IMG/VR virus record: IMGVR_UViG_3300031857_000054
Location: 43,018-107,017 of that record
Origin: a virus
Reading direction: 5' to 3' (one strand)
DNA length: 64,000 bases
Part shown: positions 1 to 8,990 of the stretch, in pieces
Numbering within the stretch: the first letter of the stretch is position 1
Layout: each line of letters opens with the position of its first letter
Notes under the pieces: model-generated
What the model was told of the DNA's origin: nothing
What the model saw: only the letters and a program-made list of their open reading frames with translations
The model's database searches: none
Made by a program: the position numbers and the translations under genes

Positions 1-507
1 TTGTTTGATGACACTATGACTGTTGCTTACAAAGTAGGAGGCAAATGGGTATTTCACCAATGGATGGCTACCACAGATCCAGGTACTAAAGGTGTTAGAG
101 AATTTCACAATGCTGGTGGAGTAGCAAGACTAGTTCCAGGTCAGTACAGAGGTTCACACGGTATTGGTCTACACCAAGGTAAGTACGAAGCTTTGAAGCA
201 AGCTAAACCAGTGAAGGTTTATCGTGATGCTAACAAAGACATGACTTACGATGAGAATACCATCACTGAGGGTATCTACGGTATCAACATCCACAAAGCT
301 GGTGCAGATTCTACTTTTGTAGAAAACTGGAGCGAAGGATGCCAAGTGTTTAAGCGTGAGAAAGATTTTAACCAATTTATGGAAATCTGTAAACAAGCTC
401 GTGGCATTCATGGTAACTCTTTCACTTACACCTTGATTGAGTCTGGTGACTTTATTGTTGCTGACAAAGTAAAAGGCGAAGCTAAAAGAGCTGCTAAGAA
501 AAAATAA
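1..507 (+). CDS. Putative endolysin, L,D-transpeptidase (YkuD)-like catalytic domain; 5'-truncated by the window
   Basis: GINIH...WSEGCQV matches the H-x(n)-S-x-G-C catalytic motif. ORF is open at position 1. Confidence 0.6.
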   Translation: MFDDTMTVAYKVGGKWVFHQWMATTDPGTKGVREFHNAGGVARLVPGQYRGSHGIGLHQGKYEALKQAKPVKVYRDANKDMTYDENTITEGIYGINIHKAGADSTFVENWSEGCQVFKREKDFNQFMEICKQARGIHGNSFTYTLIESGDFIVADKVKGEAKRAAKKK

Positions 508-962
508 TGAAAAGACTACTCGTTAGTCTTTTAATATTCTTGACTATCTCCTGCAAAGCACAAACTATTGCTAAGGCAGGAGATGGTTGGGATTTAAAGA
601 TTGACTCAGCCATACAACTTATAAAGACCATTGACCCTGAAAAGTACAAAGTCTTTACAGATGTATGTCAAAGAGTTGATTTTTGGAAAAGTTCTTTTTC
701 TTCCACAGGTGTAGTCGAAGGAGACTATACCATACTAGTAGCAGACGCAGACATTAAGTTAAAGTCTATCAATAACTTAGCGGCTGTGTTAGTTCACGAA
801 AGTATGCATTTAGTATTTGTTTTACAAGATGCAGTCATGAGTGAAAAGGAAGAAGAGTATAAGTGCTATTTGTATGAATTATCCTTTATTAAAAACATCC
901 CAACCCCCGAGCCTTGGTTACTGGCAAACCTTTATGAAAAATTGCAAAAATATAAACCATGA
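507..962 (+). CDS. Exported/lipoprotein zinc metallopeptidase-like protein
   Basis: Signal peptide with possible lipobox (LTISC). VHESMH (HExxH) plus a downstream Glu cluster (EKEEE). Confidence 0.6.
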   Translation: MKRLLVSLLIFLTISCKAQTIAKAGDGWDLKIDSAIQLIKTIDPEKYKVFTDVCQRVDFWKSSFSSTGVVEGDYTILVADADIKLKSINNLAAVLVHESMHLVFVLQDAVMSEKEEEYKCYLYELSFIKNIPTPEPWLLANLYEKLQKYKP

Positions 963-2848
963 AAAAAATACTTTTGTTTGCGTTGGGATTGTTTATCCTC
1001 ACTACTAACTTATTTGCACAAAGTGCAAACACTTCTCCTGGAACTGGGCATTGGGTTGTTATCGACTCAGGTTATCAAGTAGCTACAACTACTGTAGGTA
1101 AAACTGTTGCTCCGTTACATTTCTACAACACTTCTACTAGTGAAAAAATTACAGGTATGCAGTTTCGTGTATTTTACGATAACACTGCATTTACTGGTGT
1201 TGTACCTTCTTTGAAGATTTCTACTTCAGATCAGTATCTTCAGTATGTAGATAGTAATTTACAAGGATTTTTAACTGTAACTCTAGCTTACACAGGTTCT
1301 AGTTCTACTTTTAACTATTCTGACGGTGCTACATTTGATTTAACTTTTACTCACGCTGCCGAAGCTATATTTAACAACTTAGATTCTATCAAGACTTTGA
1401 AAGTTGCAGGTGTGAAATCATTTGCAAATAGAGCTGCTACTAACTGGGGTAACGATACCACTTTGGTTGTCTACTCTTATGGTGGTCGTTTCAACCAAAA
1501 GGTTCTTCGCTTTGCTGCTAAGTTTAAAAACGTTACGGGTTCTGATGCTAAGAATCTTTGGGTATCTTTAGAAAAGAAAGCTCCTACAGGTTCTTGGACA
1601 CATGTAGAGTCAAAATCAACTAACTCATTGGGCCACGTAGTATTTAAGAAATTTATTGATACTACCTACTGGGATGTAAGAATGGTTGTTAAAGGCGATA
1701 CAATGACTCCTGGTAACGTATTCTCTACTGCTGATGCACAAAAGATTAACCAAGCAATCCTTGCACAATATACTCCAACAGGATTTGACTACTACACTAT
1801 GGATGTAAACGGAACTAGCGGAGACATTTCTATTGCTGACGTTTACTCTGTATACGGACGTTTGGCAGGAAGATTCTCTTCTTGGCCCAACTCTAAAAAA
1901 GACGTAATGTTCTTTACAGTAGCTGAGTATAATGCTATCAACGGTGCTACTGCTAATCCAACCTCTACTTACGCAACTGTTAACAACTTCAACTATTCTA
2001 TTGACGGTAAAGACTCTATTACTTACTACGTAGCAGTTAAAGGAGACGCAAACTCTACAGGATTTAAAATGGCTCGTTTGACTCCTATTAAAATTGTTAA
2101 CCAAGCAAATGCTAAGAACTACATCATTGACAAAACAGTAAGCTATGATGATCCTTCTTTGGAGACAGTAGAAATCAATATGCCCAAAGTAAAAGTAGAG
2201 GATGGCAATTTGGTGAGCGTACCAGTTAAAGTTTTAACTAACGGTAAAGACCTTACTGCTCTTCAGTTAGACCTTAAATATGATACTGCTTACTTGTCTT
2301 TCAAACAGATTGAAGTAACAGAAAAAATCATGAAGTGGACTGCCTACACAAACCCTTCTAATGGAGTTGTGTCTTGGGGAGGAGCTGACCTTACAAATGA
2401 CAATCTGTTAAAAGACGGAGAACAAGTATTTACTCTTCAGTTCATTGCTAAGAAACCACAGGATTCTTGGGCTACAGCAGCCATCTGGACAGCAGAAAAG
2501 TACGTAGGTGATAACAAGGCTAAGGATATGAACATTAGACCTACTATGGGCATTGTTGAGGTTCGTAGAAAAGGATTGGTATCTATCAACCAAGTAAGTG
2601 ACCTAATAGCATTTCCAAATCCTTCAGAAGGTGCTATCCAAGTACAATTCAAGATAGCCGAAGAGTCTGATGTAAACTTGTCTTTGTACAATGAGGTAGG
2701 TCAGTTAGTCCAAAATATTCTAGACAAGCACATGCCTGTAGGAAACTATAAGTATAGTGTAGATTTAGAAAGATTACCTGACGGAGTTTATATCTTAACT
2801 CTTAAAACAGAAAAACAATTCCTAGATTCTAAACTATTAATCATATGA
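959..2848 (+). CDS. Secreted cohesin/dockerin-like protein with T9SS type A C-terminal sorting domain
   Basis: Sec signal ending LFA-Q. Two cohesin-like segments (ITGMQFRVFYD; VSVPVKV..LTALQLDLKYD). Dockerin-like Ca loop DVNGTSGDISIAD. CTD with FPNP...LYNEVGQLV...LPDGVYILTL...KLLII. Confidence 0.85.
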   Translation: MKKILLFALGLFILTTNLFAQSANTSPGTGHWVVIDSGYQVATTTVGKTVAPLHFYNTSTSEKITGMQFRVFYDNTAFTGVVPSLKISTSDQYLQYVDSNLQGFLTVTLAYTGSSSTFNYSDGATFDLTFTHAAEAIFNNLDSIKTLKVAGVKSFANRAATNWGNDTTLVVYSYGGRFNQKVLRFAAKFKNVTGSDAKNLWVSLEKKAPTGSWTHVESKSTNSLGHVVFKKFIDTTYWDVRMVVKGDTMTPGNVFSTADAQKINQAILAQYTPTGFDYYTMDVNGTSGDISIADVYSVYGRLAGRFSSWPNSKKDVMFFTVAEYNAINGATANPTSTYATVNNFNYSIDGKDSITYYVAVKGDANSTGFKMARLTPIKIVNQANAKNYIIDKTVSYDDPSLETVEINMPKVKVEDGNLVSVPVKVLTNGKDLTALQLDLKYDTAYLSFKQIEVTEKIMKWTAYTNPSNGVVSWGGADLTNDNLLKDGEQVFTLQFIAKKPQDSWATAAIWTAEKYVGDNKAKDMNIRPTMGIVEVRRKGLVSINQVSDLIAFPNPSEGAIQVQFKIAEESDVNLSLYNEVGQLVQNILDKHMPVGNYKYSVDLERLPDGVYILTLKTEKQFLDSKLLII

Positions 2849-3195
2849 AACTAAAAGAAAAATTAGGTTTTGGCCAAGCAGAACCCGTAGCAGTAGCAGA
2901 CAACAATCGTTTCTACTACATGTTGCAACAAATGCAAGCCAATCGTTGGAAAATTACAGCTATTGTATTGGGGTTGTTTACCTTAATCATAGTTGGTATT
3001 AATGCTGCTGTCTTTGTAGGAGCTTCTATTGGAGAAGACTGGAAAGAAATGTTACTTATCCTCTTAGGAGCTTTTGTAGGTAACTTGAACAAAGTAGTTG
3101 ACTACTGGTTCAACTCTGAAGATAGAGACAAAATGTTAATACAGAAGGTGGATGAGGAGGATGGTGTATCTTTGTCAAACACAACTAATCCATAA
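2845..3195 (+). CDS. Two-TM membrane protein, holin-like
   Basis: Two hydrophobic helices ending LLGAFVG..KVVDYWFNS, resembling small phage holin-like proteins with a YxFGS-type tail. Charged C-terminus. Confidence 0.5.
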   Translation: MKLKEKLGFGQAEPVAVADNNRFYYMLQQMQANRWKITAIVLGLFTLIIVGINAAVFVGASIGEDWKEMLLILLGAFVGNLNKVVDYWFNSEDRDKMLIQKVDEEDGVSLSNTTNP

Positions 3196-3199
3196 TATT

Positions 3200-3523
3200 A
3201 TGTCAGAAGAACAAGAAGAAGGCGGAATGTCTGGTGTAAAGAAGGCAATCATCGGAGCAATTACCACAGCGGTAACTGCAGGTGGTGCTTGGTTTGCTAC
3301 TCACTTAGGTGGTGGCGAAGATGAAAAACCAGAAACTCCAGCAGCTGTAGCTGCTCCCGCACCTGTGATTAACATCACTACGAACAACGAACAGAAGCAA
3401 CAGGCAAACACTGGTGGCGGTAATACCGTCATCATTAAGGAAAAGGTAGCACCTGCTGCATCTACTCCTGCCCCTGCTGCTCCTGCATCTAAACCCCAAG
3501 CAGATGAAGAAGATCCTTGGTAG
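3200..3523 (+). CDS. Single-TM protein with Pro/Ala-rich extended tail
   Basis: ATG at 3200 follows the upstream stop and is preferred to 3152. TM AIIGAITTAVTAGGAWF, PA-rich linker, terminal DPW. Confidence 0.7.
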   Translation: MSEEQEEGGMSGVKKAIIGAITTAVTAGGAWFATHLGGGEDEKPETPAAVAAPAPVINITTNNEQKQQANTGGGNTVIIKEKVAPAASTPAPAAPASKPQADEEDPW

Positions 3524-4193
3524 CCTACTGTTAATAATCCTTATCTATGGTTGTGGTTCTATGAAGACCACAACCGAGGATGAGGTTATTGAGAAAAAAG
3601 ATATTTCTAGCGTGTCTGGATATACTGATTCTATTAAGAAGAACGTACAAGTAATTAGCATGGACATGACTAAAGTGTTGGCTATGTACCCAAGTCTTCA
3701 AGAGAAAAATGTAGGTTTAGGTTTTGCAGAATCCGTATTAGATTATTTAGATGAAACAAATCGTTTTGTATTTACTGAAGAGAAGGGTGAAATCAAGGAA
3801 AGGATGGTAACTCAATTCAAAGCTTCTAAAAAAGGAGTCTTTGAAGAACCTATTGACGGCAAAGGAAAAATTAAAGCTGCCCACTACTTTGTTTATGTAA
3901 CCGTTGCTGATTTTGCAGTAGACGAGGACGAGACTGTACAAGGTGGAAAAGCTAAAGTAGTGGTAACTACTTTTATCCGTTTGCAAGTTCGATTTGTAGA
4001 CGCTAAAACAGGACAAATTTACATTGGTTCTGGTGAAGGCGAATCTATAAAAGTAGGAGAGTCGTTCTTAAAATCTCTAGACGATATGAAGTTTTCTCAA
4101 AGTACCGTAGGTAAGGCAACACGAAAGTCGCTTGAAACAGCAACTACCAAAGTGATTGAAAACCTTATTAGAAACGGTGTCTTTAAGAGCTAA
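3504..4193 (+). CDS. CsgG/HfaB-family lipoprotein
   Basis: Lipobox IYGC. GLGFAESVLDYL..TNRFVFTE and IRLQVRFVDAKTGQI motifs typical of the CsgG/TolB-N-like fold. Confidence 0.8.
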   Translation: MKKILGSLLLIILIYGCGSMKTTTEDEVIEKKDISSVSGYTDSIKKNVQVISMDMTKVLAMYPSLQEKNVGLGFAESVLDYLDETNRFVFTEEKGEIKERMVTQFKASKKGVFEEPIDGKGKIKAAHYFVYVTVADFAVDEDETVQGGKAKVVVTTFIRLQVRFVDAKTGQIYIGSGEGESIKVGESFLKSLDDMKFSQSTVGKATRKSLETATTKVIENLIRNGVFKS

Positions 4194-5619
4194 CATATTA
4201 ATCTTACTATTGAGTATAGGACTGAGTTTAAAAGCTCAGTCCTTTACTTACTCGTACAAAGATCCGTGTACAAAAGAATTAAAGTTCATTCTTGCTGATA
4301 TGAACTCTCCGATAGTAATAAGTTACTACGGACAAGTAAAAAACTTCAGTTACACAGAATTGCAGGACGGTACATTTGACGCTTGGTTAAATTATACTTA
4401 TGCCAATTACAAAACAACAACCCCATGTCAAGGAGTTTTTGCAACAACTACTACAACTACAAGCACAGCAACTATAACTTCTTTAGTAAATAATGTGATG
4501 AATCTTAACTCTTTAACGAGTTTAGATTTATCTTCGACTTCGCTAGGATCAAGTACTTCAGTAGGAAGTACAACATCTTCTGGCACAAATGTAAAAAATG
4601 ACTCTAAAAATGGAAGCTCGAATAACAAAGTTGGTAGTAATGGAAACAATAGTACTACTGATAATTCTGGGAATAATTCTAGTAACAGTGACCAGTCATC
4701 TGGACAAGGGTCCAATACGTCGTCGGAAGGACAAGTAGGCAATGGAAGCAACTCAGGTAATAATTCTAATGGCTCTAATGATGCTGGGGGTAACTCTGGG
4801 AGTGGCTCTAGTTCTTCTTCTAGTGGTGGTGGTAATGGTTCTGGTGGAGGTGGTGGTTCAGGCACCGCAGGTGATAAGAAACCTGAAGAAAAAACTCCTG
4901 AAAAGATAGAAGAACAAAAGAGTGAAACTCAACAAGCAGGTGGAAGTTCGTCTGCAAAAGCCGCTGCTAAAGGGAAAGTAGAAACTCAAAAACCAGCTAT
5001 TCTAGTTACAGGAGATATAGTTGGAGTCCAAACAGTGCAAGATAAAGCACAAGACGCTAGGGCAACAATGTCCTTTACTAGAGTTAAAGGAGACGGTACT
5101 GCCTCTGTTGGACTTGCAGCTGACTATATGGTCAATGCTAAAATAGGAAACTTTAACGGCGTGCGTTCTTGGATGGGCGTTAACAAGAAAGGCAACAAAC
5201 ATATCAATGTTCTTTCGGCAGGAATTAACCTCATGCCAAAGTCTTACAACGGTTCTTTGTTGTTTGTAAGGGTAAACTCGCTGAAGAACTTTACAGCGCT
5301 CTACGGAGCCGCCGCATCGTATGGCGAGTTATTTCAAGAAGAAGTTATATCTACCCTACTGATAGGCGGTTTTATGTATAAGGGACAACTTACTAAACAC
5401 ATAGATGCTACTATTATTGCCGCTAGTGTTTACGCTCCTTATACAAAGTATTACACAGAATCTTTATTTGAATCTCAACCAATTATAGTTCCTTTTCTAA
5501 ACATCAACTACTCACTTACAAAAACTTTTAAGTTCGGACTTACAGGAGGAGGCACGTACATCGCCAATCAGGATGTCGTCAATTATCAAATCTTAATGGG
5601 AGGTAAGTTAAAGATATGA
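4156..5619 (+). CDS. Exported protein with Ser/Gly/Asn low-complexity linker and probable C-terminal outer-membrane beta-barrel
   Basis: Signal ending LKA-Q (start codon uncertain). ~120-aa S/G/N tract. C-terminal ~200 aa of alternating amphipathic strands. Confidence 0.6.
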   Translation: MKTLLETVSLRANILILLLSIGLSLKAQSFTYSYKDPCTKELKFILADMNSPIVISYYGQVKNFSYTELQDGTFDAWLNYTYANYKTTTPCQGVFATTTTTTSTATITSLVNNVMNLNSLTSLDLSSTSLGSSTSVGSTTSSGTNVKNDSKNGSSNNKVGSNGNNSTTDNSGNNSSNSDQSSGQGSNTSSEGQVGNGSNSGNNSNGSNDAGGNSGSGSSSSSSGGGNGSGGGGGSGTAGDKKPEEKTPEKIEEQKSETQQAGGSSSAKAAAKGKVETQKPAILVTGDIVGVQTVQDKAQDARATMSFTRVKGDGTASVGLAADYMVNAKIGNFNGVRSWMGVNKKGNKHINVLSAGINLMPKSYNGSLLFVRVNSLKNFTALYGAAASYGELFQEEVISTLLIGGFMYKGQLTKHIDATIIAASVYAPYTKYYTESLFESQPIIVPFLNINYSLTKTFKFGLTGGGTYIANQDVVNYQILMGGKLKI

Positions 5620-6818
5620 GATGGCTAGTCATTCTACTCTTGTTTGCAAGTCCTCTGAAGGCTCAATTTACTTATTCTGGATACTTGTACAATGCAAACG
5701 GTTCGGGCGCCTCTAACGTTCCCGTAAAAATATACAAGAGTACAGCAGGTGCTACTACTAAGTCAGGTACTTTTGCTAAGATAACTTCAGGTATTCCTTC
5801 AGATAGAGGACGAGGAACTTCAGTACTTCACTCAACTGCTAACACAGATGAAAAGTCTGTGGCTATTACATTTCCTTCTGGCTTTAGTCCTTCTTACGCA
5901 GGAACTAGCTATTCTTCAGGCCACGTTAACGCTAACTCTTGGTTTACTTTTGGAACAAGTTCTAGTACTGGATACAACGGAAATGCTACTAGTCCTAATC
6001 AACCTACTATCCATATTGGGTCGGTGGATAATGGCTCAACAGATAACAACGTTTCTTATGTATCAACTGAAAGTTACACTGATGGAACTTACGGTGATGT
6101 GTTTAGAGTAAGATACGAGGGTAACTGTAAGTACAACCAAACGGGAATCAATTATGTTTGGGATTTATACTTTATTAAAAACCAAGCCTCAAAGCAGATA
6201 GTGGTTTGGAGAACATTCACCGCAGACGGTTCCAACCAAGAAATAATGGGTATATCTACAGGTAGTGCTTGGATGGCAAGTACTCTCGTTACTACTGGTT
6301 CTTTTTCTGGCACTAGTTGGGAGATAAACACAACCTCAACCACTACAACAAGTTCTAATGTACTTGACGCTACTGCATATACTAACTCATCGGGATACTA
6401 CTCTTTCTCAAGAACTACAGTAGCAGGTAATCAATTCACTATTCAAGTCGATGCTCCAACTAGGATTCAAGCCTACACAAACTCAGACATCCAAGCAATA
6501 TCAGACCTCATCCTCAATAAAGTGGTTAAGACTGGGTTGACTTTTCAGATGTTTGACGTAAACGATGACTCTAAAATAACTGTAGCAGATAAATACTACG
6601 TAGCGGCAAGAAAGGCTGGAAGATTTTCTAAGTGGAGAATAGCACCTGATGTCCGTATCTTTACAACAGCACAATATGATGCTATCAAAGCTGCCACAAC
6701 AAATGTAAGAGGAACTTATCCTGGAGTCAGTACTTATACTACTTCTACTCTTACTTCTGGAGGAAGTTTAAGTCTTTACCTAATAGCACCTGGTTATGCA
6801 GGACAAGTAACATACTAA
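5616..6818 (+). CDS. Secreted dockerin-like protein with inserted nidogen(NIDO)-like passenger; paralogue of the 959..2848 central module
   Basis: Signal ending LKA-Q. DVNDDSKITVAD..AGRFSKW..DVRIFTTAQYDAI aligns with DVNGTSGDISIAD..AGRFSSW..DVMFFTVAEYNAI. No T9SS tail. Confidence 0.7.
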   Translation: MRWLVILLLFASPLKAQFTYSGYLYNANGSGASNVPVKIYKSTAGATTKSGTFAKITSGIPSDRGRGTSVLHSTANTDEKSVAITFPSGFSPSYAGTSYSSGHVNANSWFTFGTSSSTGYNGNATSPNQPTIHIGSVDNGSTDNNVSYVSTESYTDGTYGDVFRVRYEGNCKYNQTGINYVWDLYFIKNQASKQIVVWRTFTADGSNQEIMGISTGSAWMASTLVTTGSFSGTSWEINTTSTTTTSSNVLDATAYTNSSGYYSFSRTTVAGNQFTIQVDAPTRIQAYTNSDIQAISDLILNKVVKTGLTFQMFDVNDDSKITVADKYYVAARKAGRFSKWRIAPDVRIFTTAQYDAIKAATTNVRGTYPGVSTYTTSTLTSGGSLSLYLIAPGYAGQVTY

Positions 6819-6819
6819 C

Positions 6820-7260
6820 ATGAAAAAACTAATCATACTCTTAATCCTAGCATTTGCAGGTTCGTTGAATGCACAATGCTACAAAATTGACACCGTTAGA
6901 AACCACACACAACTAAGAACTATTGCAGGTAGGCCTGTAGACTTTGGTATAGTGGCAACGGCTGAACAACTTATCTCTGCCAAGTATTCGCTGTGCGATA
7001 CAGGCATTGGAGTTGACCTTGCAATTAACACAATTGCTATGCCTCAAAGACTAATTAACATTGCAGGGTTGCAGTTTTTAAAGAGGGACTATGTAGTCAA
7101 TATGTCCATCACAGCTAATAACATTACACATTATTCTAGGAACGTAAAGACCGTTTATGTCAATGCTATGTTCCTAACTGTAGAGGACATTCCTCACAAC
7201 AAAAAAGCATACTCTAGGGCAGTAGAGAAGTGCTTAATAGATTTAGTTAAGGAGTTGTAG
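6820..7260 (+). CDS. Secreted protein of unknown function
   Basis: Sec signal ending LNA-Q. Last gene of the tightly coupled cassette. Confidence 0.75.
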   Translation: MKKLIILLILAFAGSLNAQCYKIDTVRNHTQLRTIAGRPVDFGIVATAEQLISAKYSLCDTGIGVDLAINTIAMPQRLINIAGLQFLKRDYVVNMSITANNITHYSRNVKTVYVNAMFLTVEDIPHNKKAYSRAVEKCLIDLVKEL

Positions 7261-7349
7261 CCCGTATTTACTGGGGTTTCCAGTTATAATCTTATCTTAA
7301 CTTTAGTTGTTAAGTTTTTAGCTTAACTTACTTAGTTATAACTTTAGAC

Positions 7350-7379
7350 TTGACTTTTTATATTAGGATAGTATATTTG
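7350..7379 (+). promoter_or_regulatory. Bacteroidota primary-sigma promoter (-33/-7)
   Basis: TTG (7350-52), 19-nt spacer, TATATTTG (7372-79), upstream of ATG 7410. Confidence 0.8.
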
Positions 7380-7409
7380 CATTAGTTGTAACAGACAACC
7401 AACCATATT

Positions 7410-7790
7410 ATGAAAAAACTTTTGCGAAAGTACCCTGACCCTATTTTAATTCACAGGGATTACATTGATGTCTTGCTGAGGCTAGCAGGTTATCGCTTAT
7501 CTGATTTATCAGTAACAATTTTAGCATACTCTAGTTACAGAAAAGCATTGACCTCTGAGACTAAGAAAGAGATTGCGGAAAAGTTTAACACAAGCATCCA
7601 AGTAATTTCTAACACAATCACCAAGTTAAGAAAACAACAGTTATTGTTGAAGAACAACTTGAATCCTAAATTGAAACCAGAAAACGACAACCAATCAGCA
7701 TTAACCATTTATTTTACTCTAGAGCCTAAAACTAAAATAAGAAAAACTGTATTGTCAGAAAGTAACATAACGGAACAGACTCCTGCATGA
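7410..7790 (+). CDS. Winged-HTH DNA-binding protein
   Basis: KKEIAEKFNTSIQVISNTITKLRKQQLL helix-turn-helix pattern. Confidence 0.65.
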   Translation: MKKLLRKYPDPILIHRDYIDVLLRLAGYRLSDLSVTILAYSSYRKALTSETKKEIAEKFNTSIQVISNTITKLRKQQLLLKNNLNPKLKPENDNQSALTIYFTLEPKTKIRKTVLSESNITEQTPA

Positions 7791-8347
7791 GAAAAGACCT
7801 TCAAATAGAACTCAAGGTATTTGGATTGTATAGTACGGCAGCCAAAGAGTTAAAGTGCACTAGCTCAGAGGTAGATGAAGTTTATTCTTGGTATTTAGGA
7901 GAAATCGTAGAATCCCTAAAGAAGACCGAGACCAAACAAGTCTACCTCAAAGGCTTAGGACGCTTAAGAGCTAATCCTGCATGCATACCAAATATCCTAT
8001 ACTATAATATTGTAAGGTACATAGACATGGCTGGGTTTATGGTAAAGTTCCCAAAATACCACACCAAAAGTAGAGCAAACTTTATGACTGTTATCTACGA
8101 GAACTACAAAAAACTATACGAAGAGGGTTTGAAGAAGATGGACATTCTTATAAATGAACCTATATTTGATAAGCCTATGTATCACAAACAAAGACAAAGG
8201 CTAGTTAACTTTAACCAAGACAGATTAGAAAAACTATATGAATCCATTTGCAGACTACATGAAGCTGCTGAAGCAGGGAGTAAAGAACGCGGACAAGATA
8301 ATCGAGGGGATCAGCAACAAGACATTGAAAGAATTCAATTTACTTAA
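7787..8347 (+). CDS. HU/IHF-like protein (divergent)
   Basis: Two helices followed by QVYLKGLGRL, resembling the HU V-x-L-x-G-F-G-x-F motif. crAss-like phages carry IHF-like genes near TerL. Confidence 0.5.
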   Translation: MRKDLQIELKVFGLYSTAAKELKCTSSEVDEVYSWYLGEIVESLKKTETKQVYLKGLGRLRANPACIPNILYYNIVRYIDMAGFMVKFPKYHTKSRANFMTVIYENYKKLYEEGLKKMDILINEPIFDKPMYHKQRQRLVNFNQDRLEKLYESICRLHEAAEAGSKERGQDNRGDQQQDIERIQFT

Positions 8348-8612
8348 TGAAGATGATCAGAACCGTATCTCAAACCGAATGGACATATGTAACGCTTGTC
8401 CCTTCAACTCTACTAATGCTAGAGTATCTCCAGAGTACATGGCACTCACGGGTGTCCCATACGCTACTGGAAGAACCGAATCACACTGTGCGTTATGTGG
8501 TTGTGTAATTGAATTTAAAACATCTTGTTTGAGTTGTAACTGTGGAATAGAAACTTGGAACCAAAGACATCCAGAAAAGAAACAAGAACTAAAGTGGACC
8601 AAAAAACCTTAA
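8238..8612 (+). CDS. Cys-rich zinc-finger protein
   Basis: CNACP...HCALCGC...CLSCNC motifs. Overlaps the upstream gene by 110 nt. Confidence 0.7.
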   Translation: MNPFADYMKLLKQGVKNADKIIEGISNKTLKEFNLLNEDDQNRISNRMDICNACPFNSTNARVSPEYMALTGVPYATGRTESHCALCGCVIEFKTSCLSCNCGIETWNQRHPEKKQELKWTKKP

Positions 8613-8623
8613 CACCTACTAAT

Positions 8624-8782
8624 ATGAAAAAACCATCAATCAAATCAAGAGCTAACAAGGTAGAAAACCTTAAGAAAGCTTTCCGTATCCTTAACGGTTG
8701 CGGAGGAAACAAAGGCACTAAGTGCGGAGTTGAAGTTTACTATATGCCAGCAGATAGTAAGCTACAAGAGATTAAAGCTTAA
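8624..8782 (+). CDS. Small basic hypothetical protein (52 aa)
   Basis: ATG 8624 just after the upstream stop with an A-rich leader. Fills the gap in the operon. Confidence 0.6.
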   Translation: MKKPSIKSRANKVENLKKAFRILNGCGGNKGTKCGVEVYYMPADSKLQEIKA

Positions 8783-8785
8783 CCA

Positions 8786-8989
8786 ATGACAAAACAACCA
8801 ACCAACCGTTTAAAACCTGAGAGTAAACCTACTTTCCAAGACAAGTTATTTCTAGTAACTAAAGTCTTTTGGAAAGCAGGTTACTCCTATGGTAAAACAG
8901 GAAGGAATGAAGATTTTTATGCTCGTGTACTGGAAGACTTTGCAGTCATGCCTGAAGACGAGTTTATAGAAAAATACGAATCGCTTTAG
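8786..8989 (+). CDS. Hypothetical protein
   Basis: Tightly packed ORF with phage-like codon usage. Confidence 0.65.
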   Translation: MTKQPTNRLKPESKPTFQDKLFLVTKVFWKAGYSYGKTGRNEDFYARVLEDFAVMPEDEFIEKYESL

Positions 8990-8990
8990 T

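Noticed and set aside
3504-7260. A complete curli (csg) operon
   Set aside because: Only a CsgG-family gene is recognisable. There are no curlin-repeat subunits or clear CsgE/CsgF.
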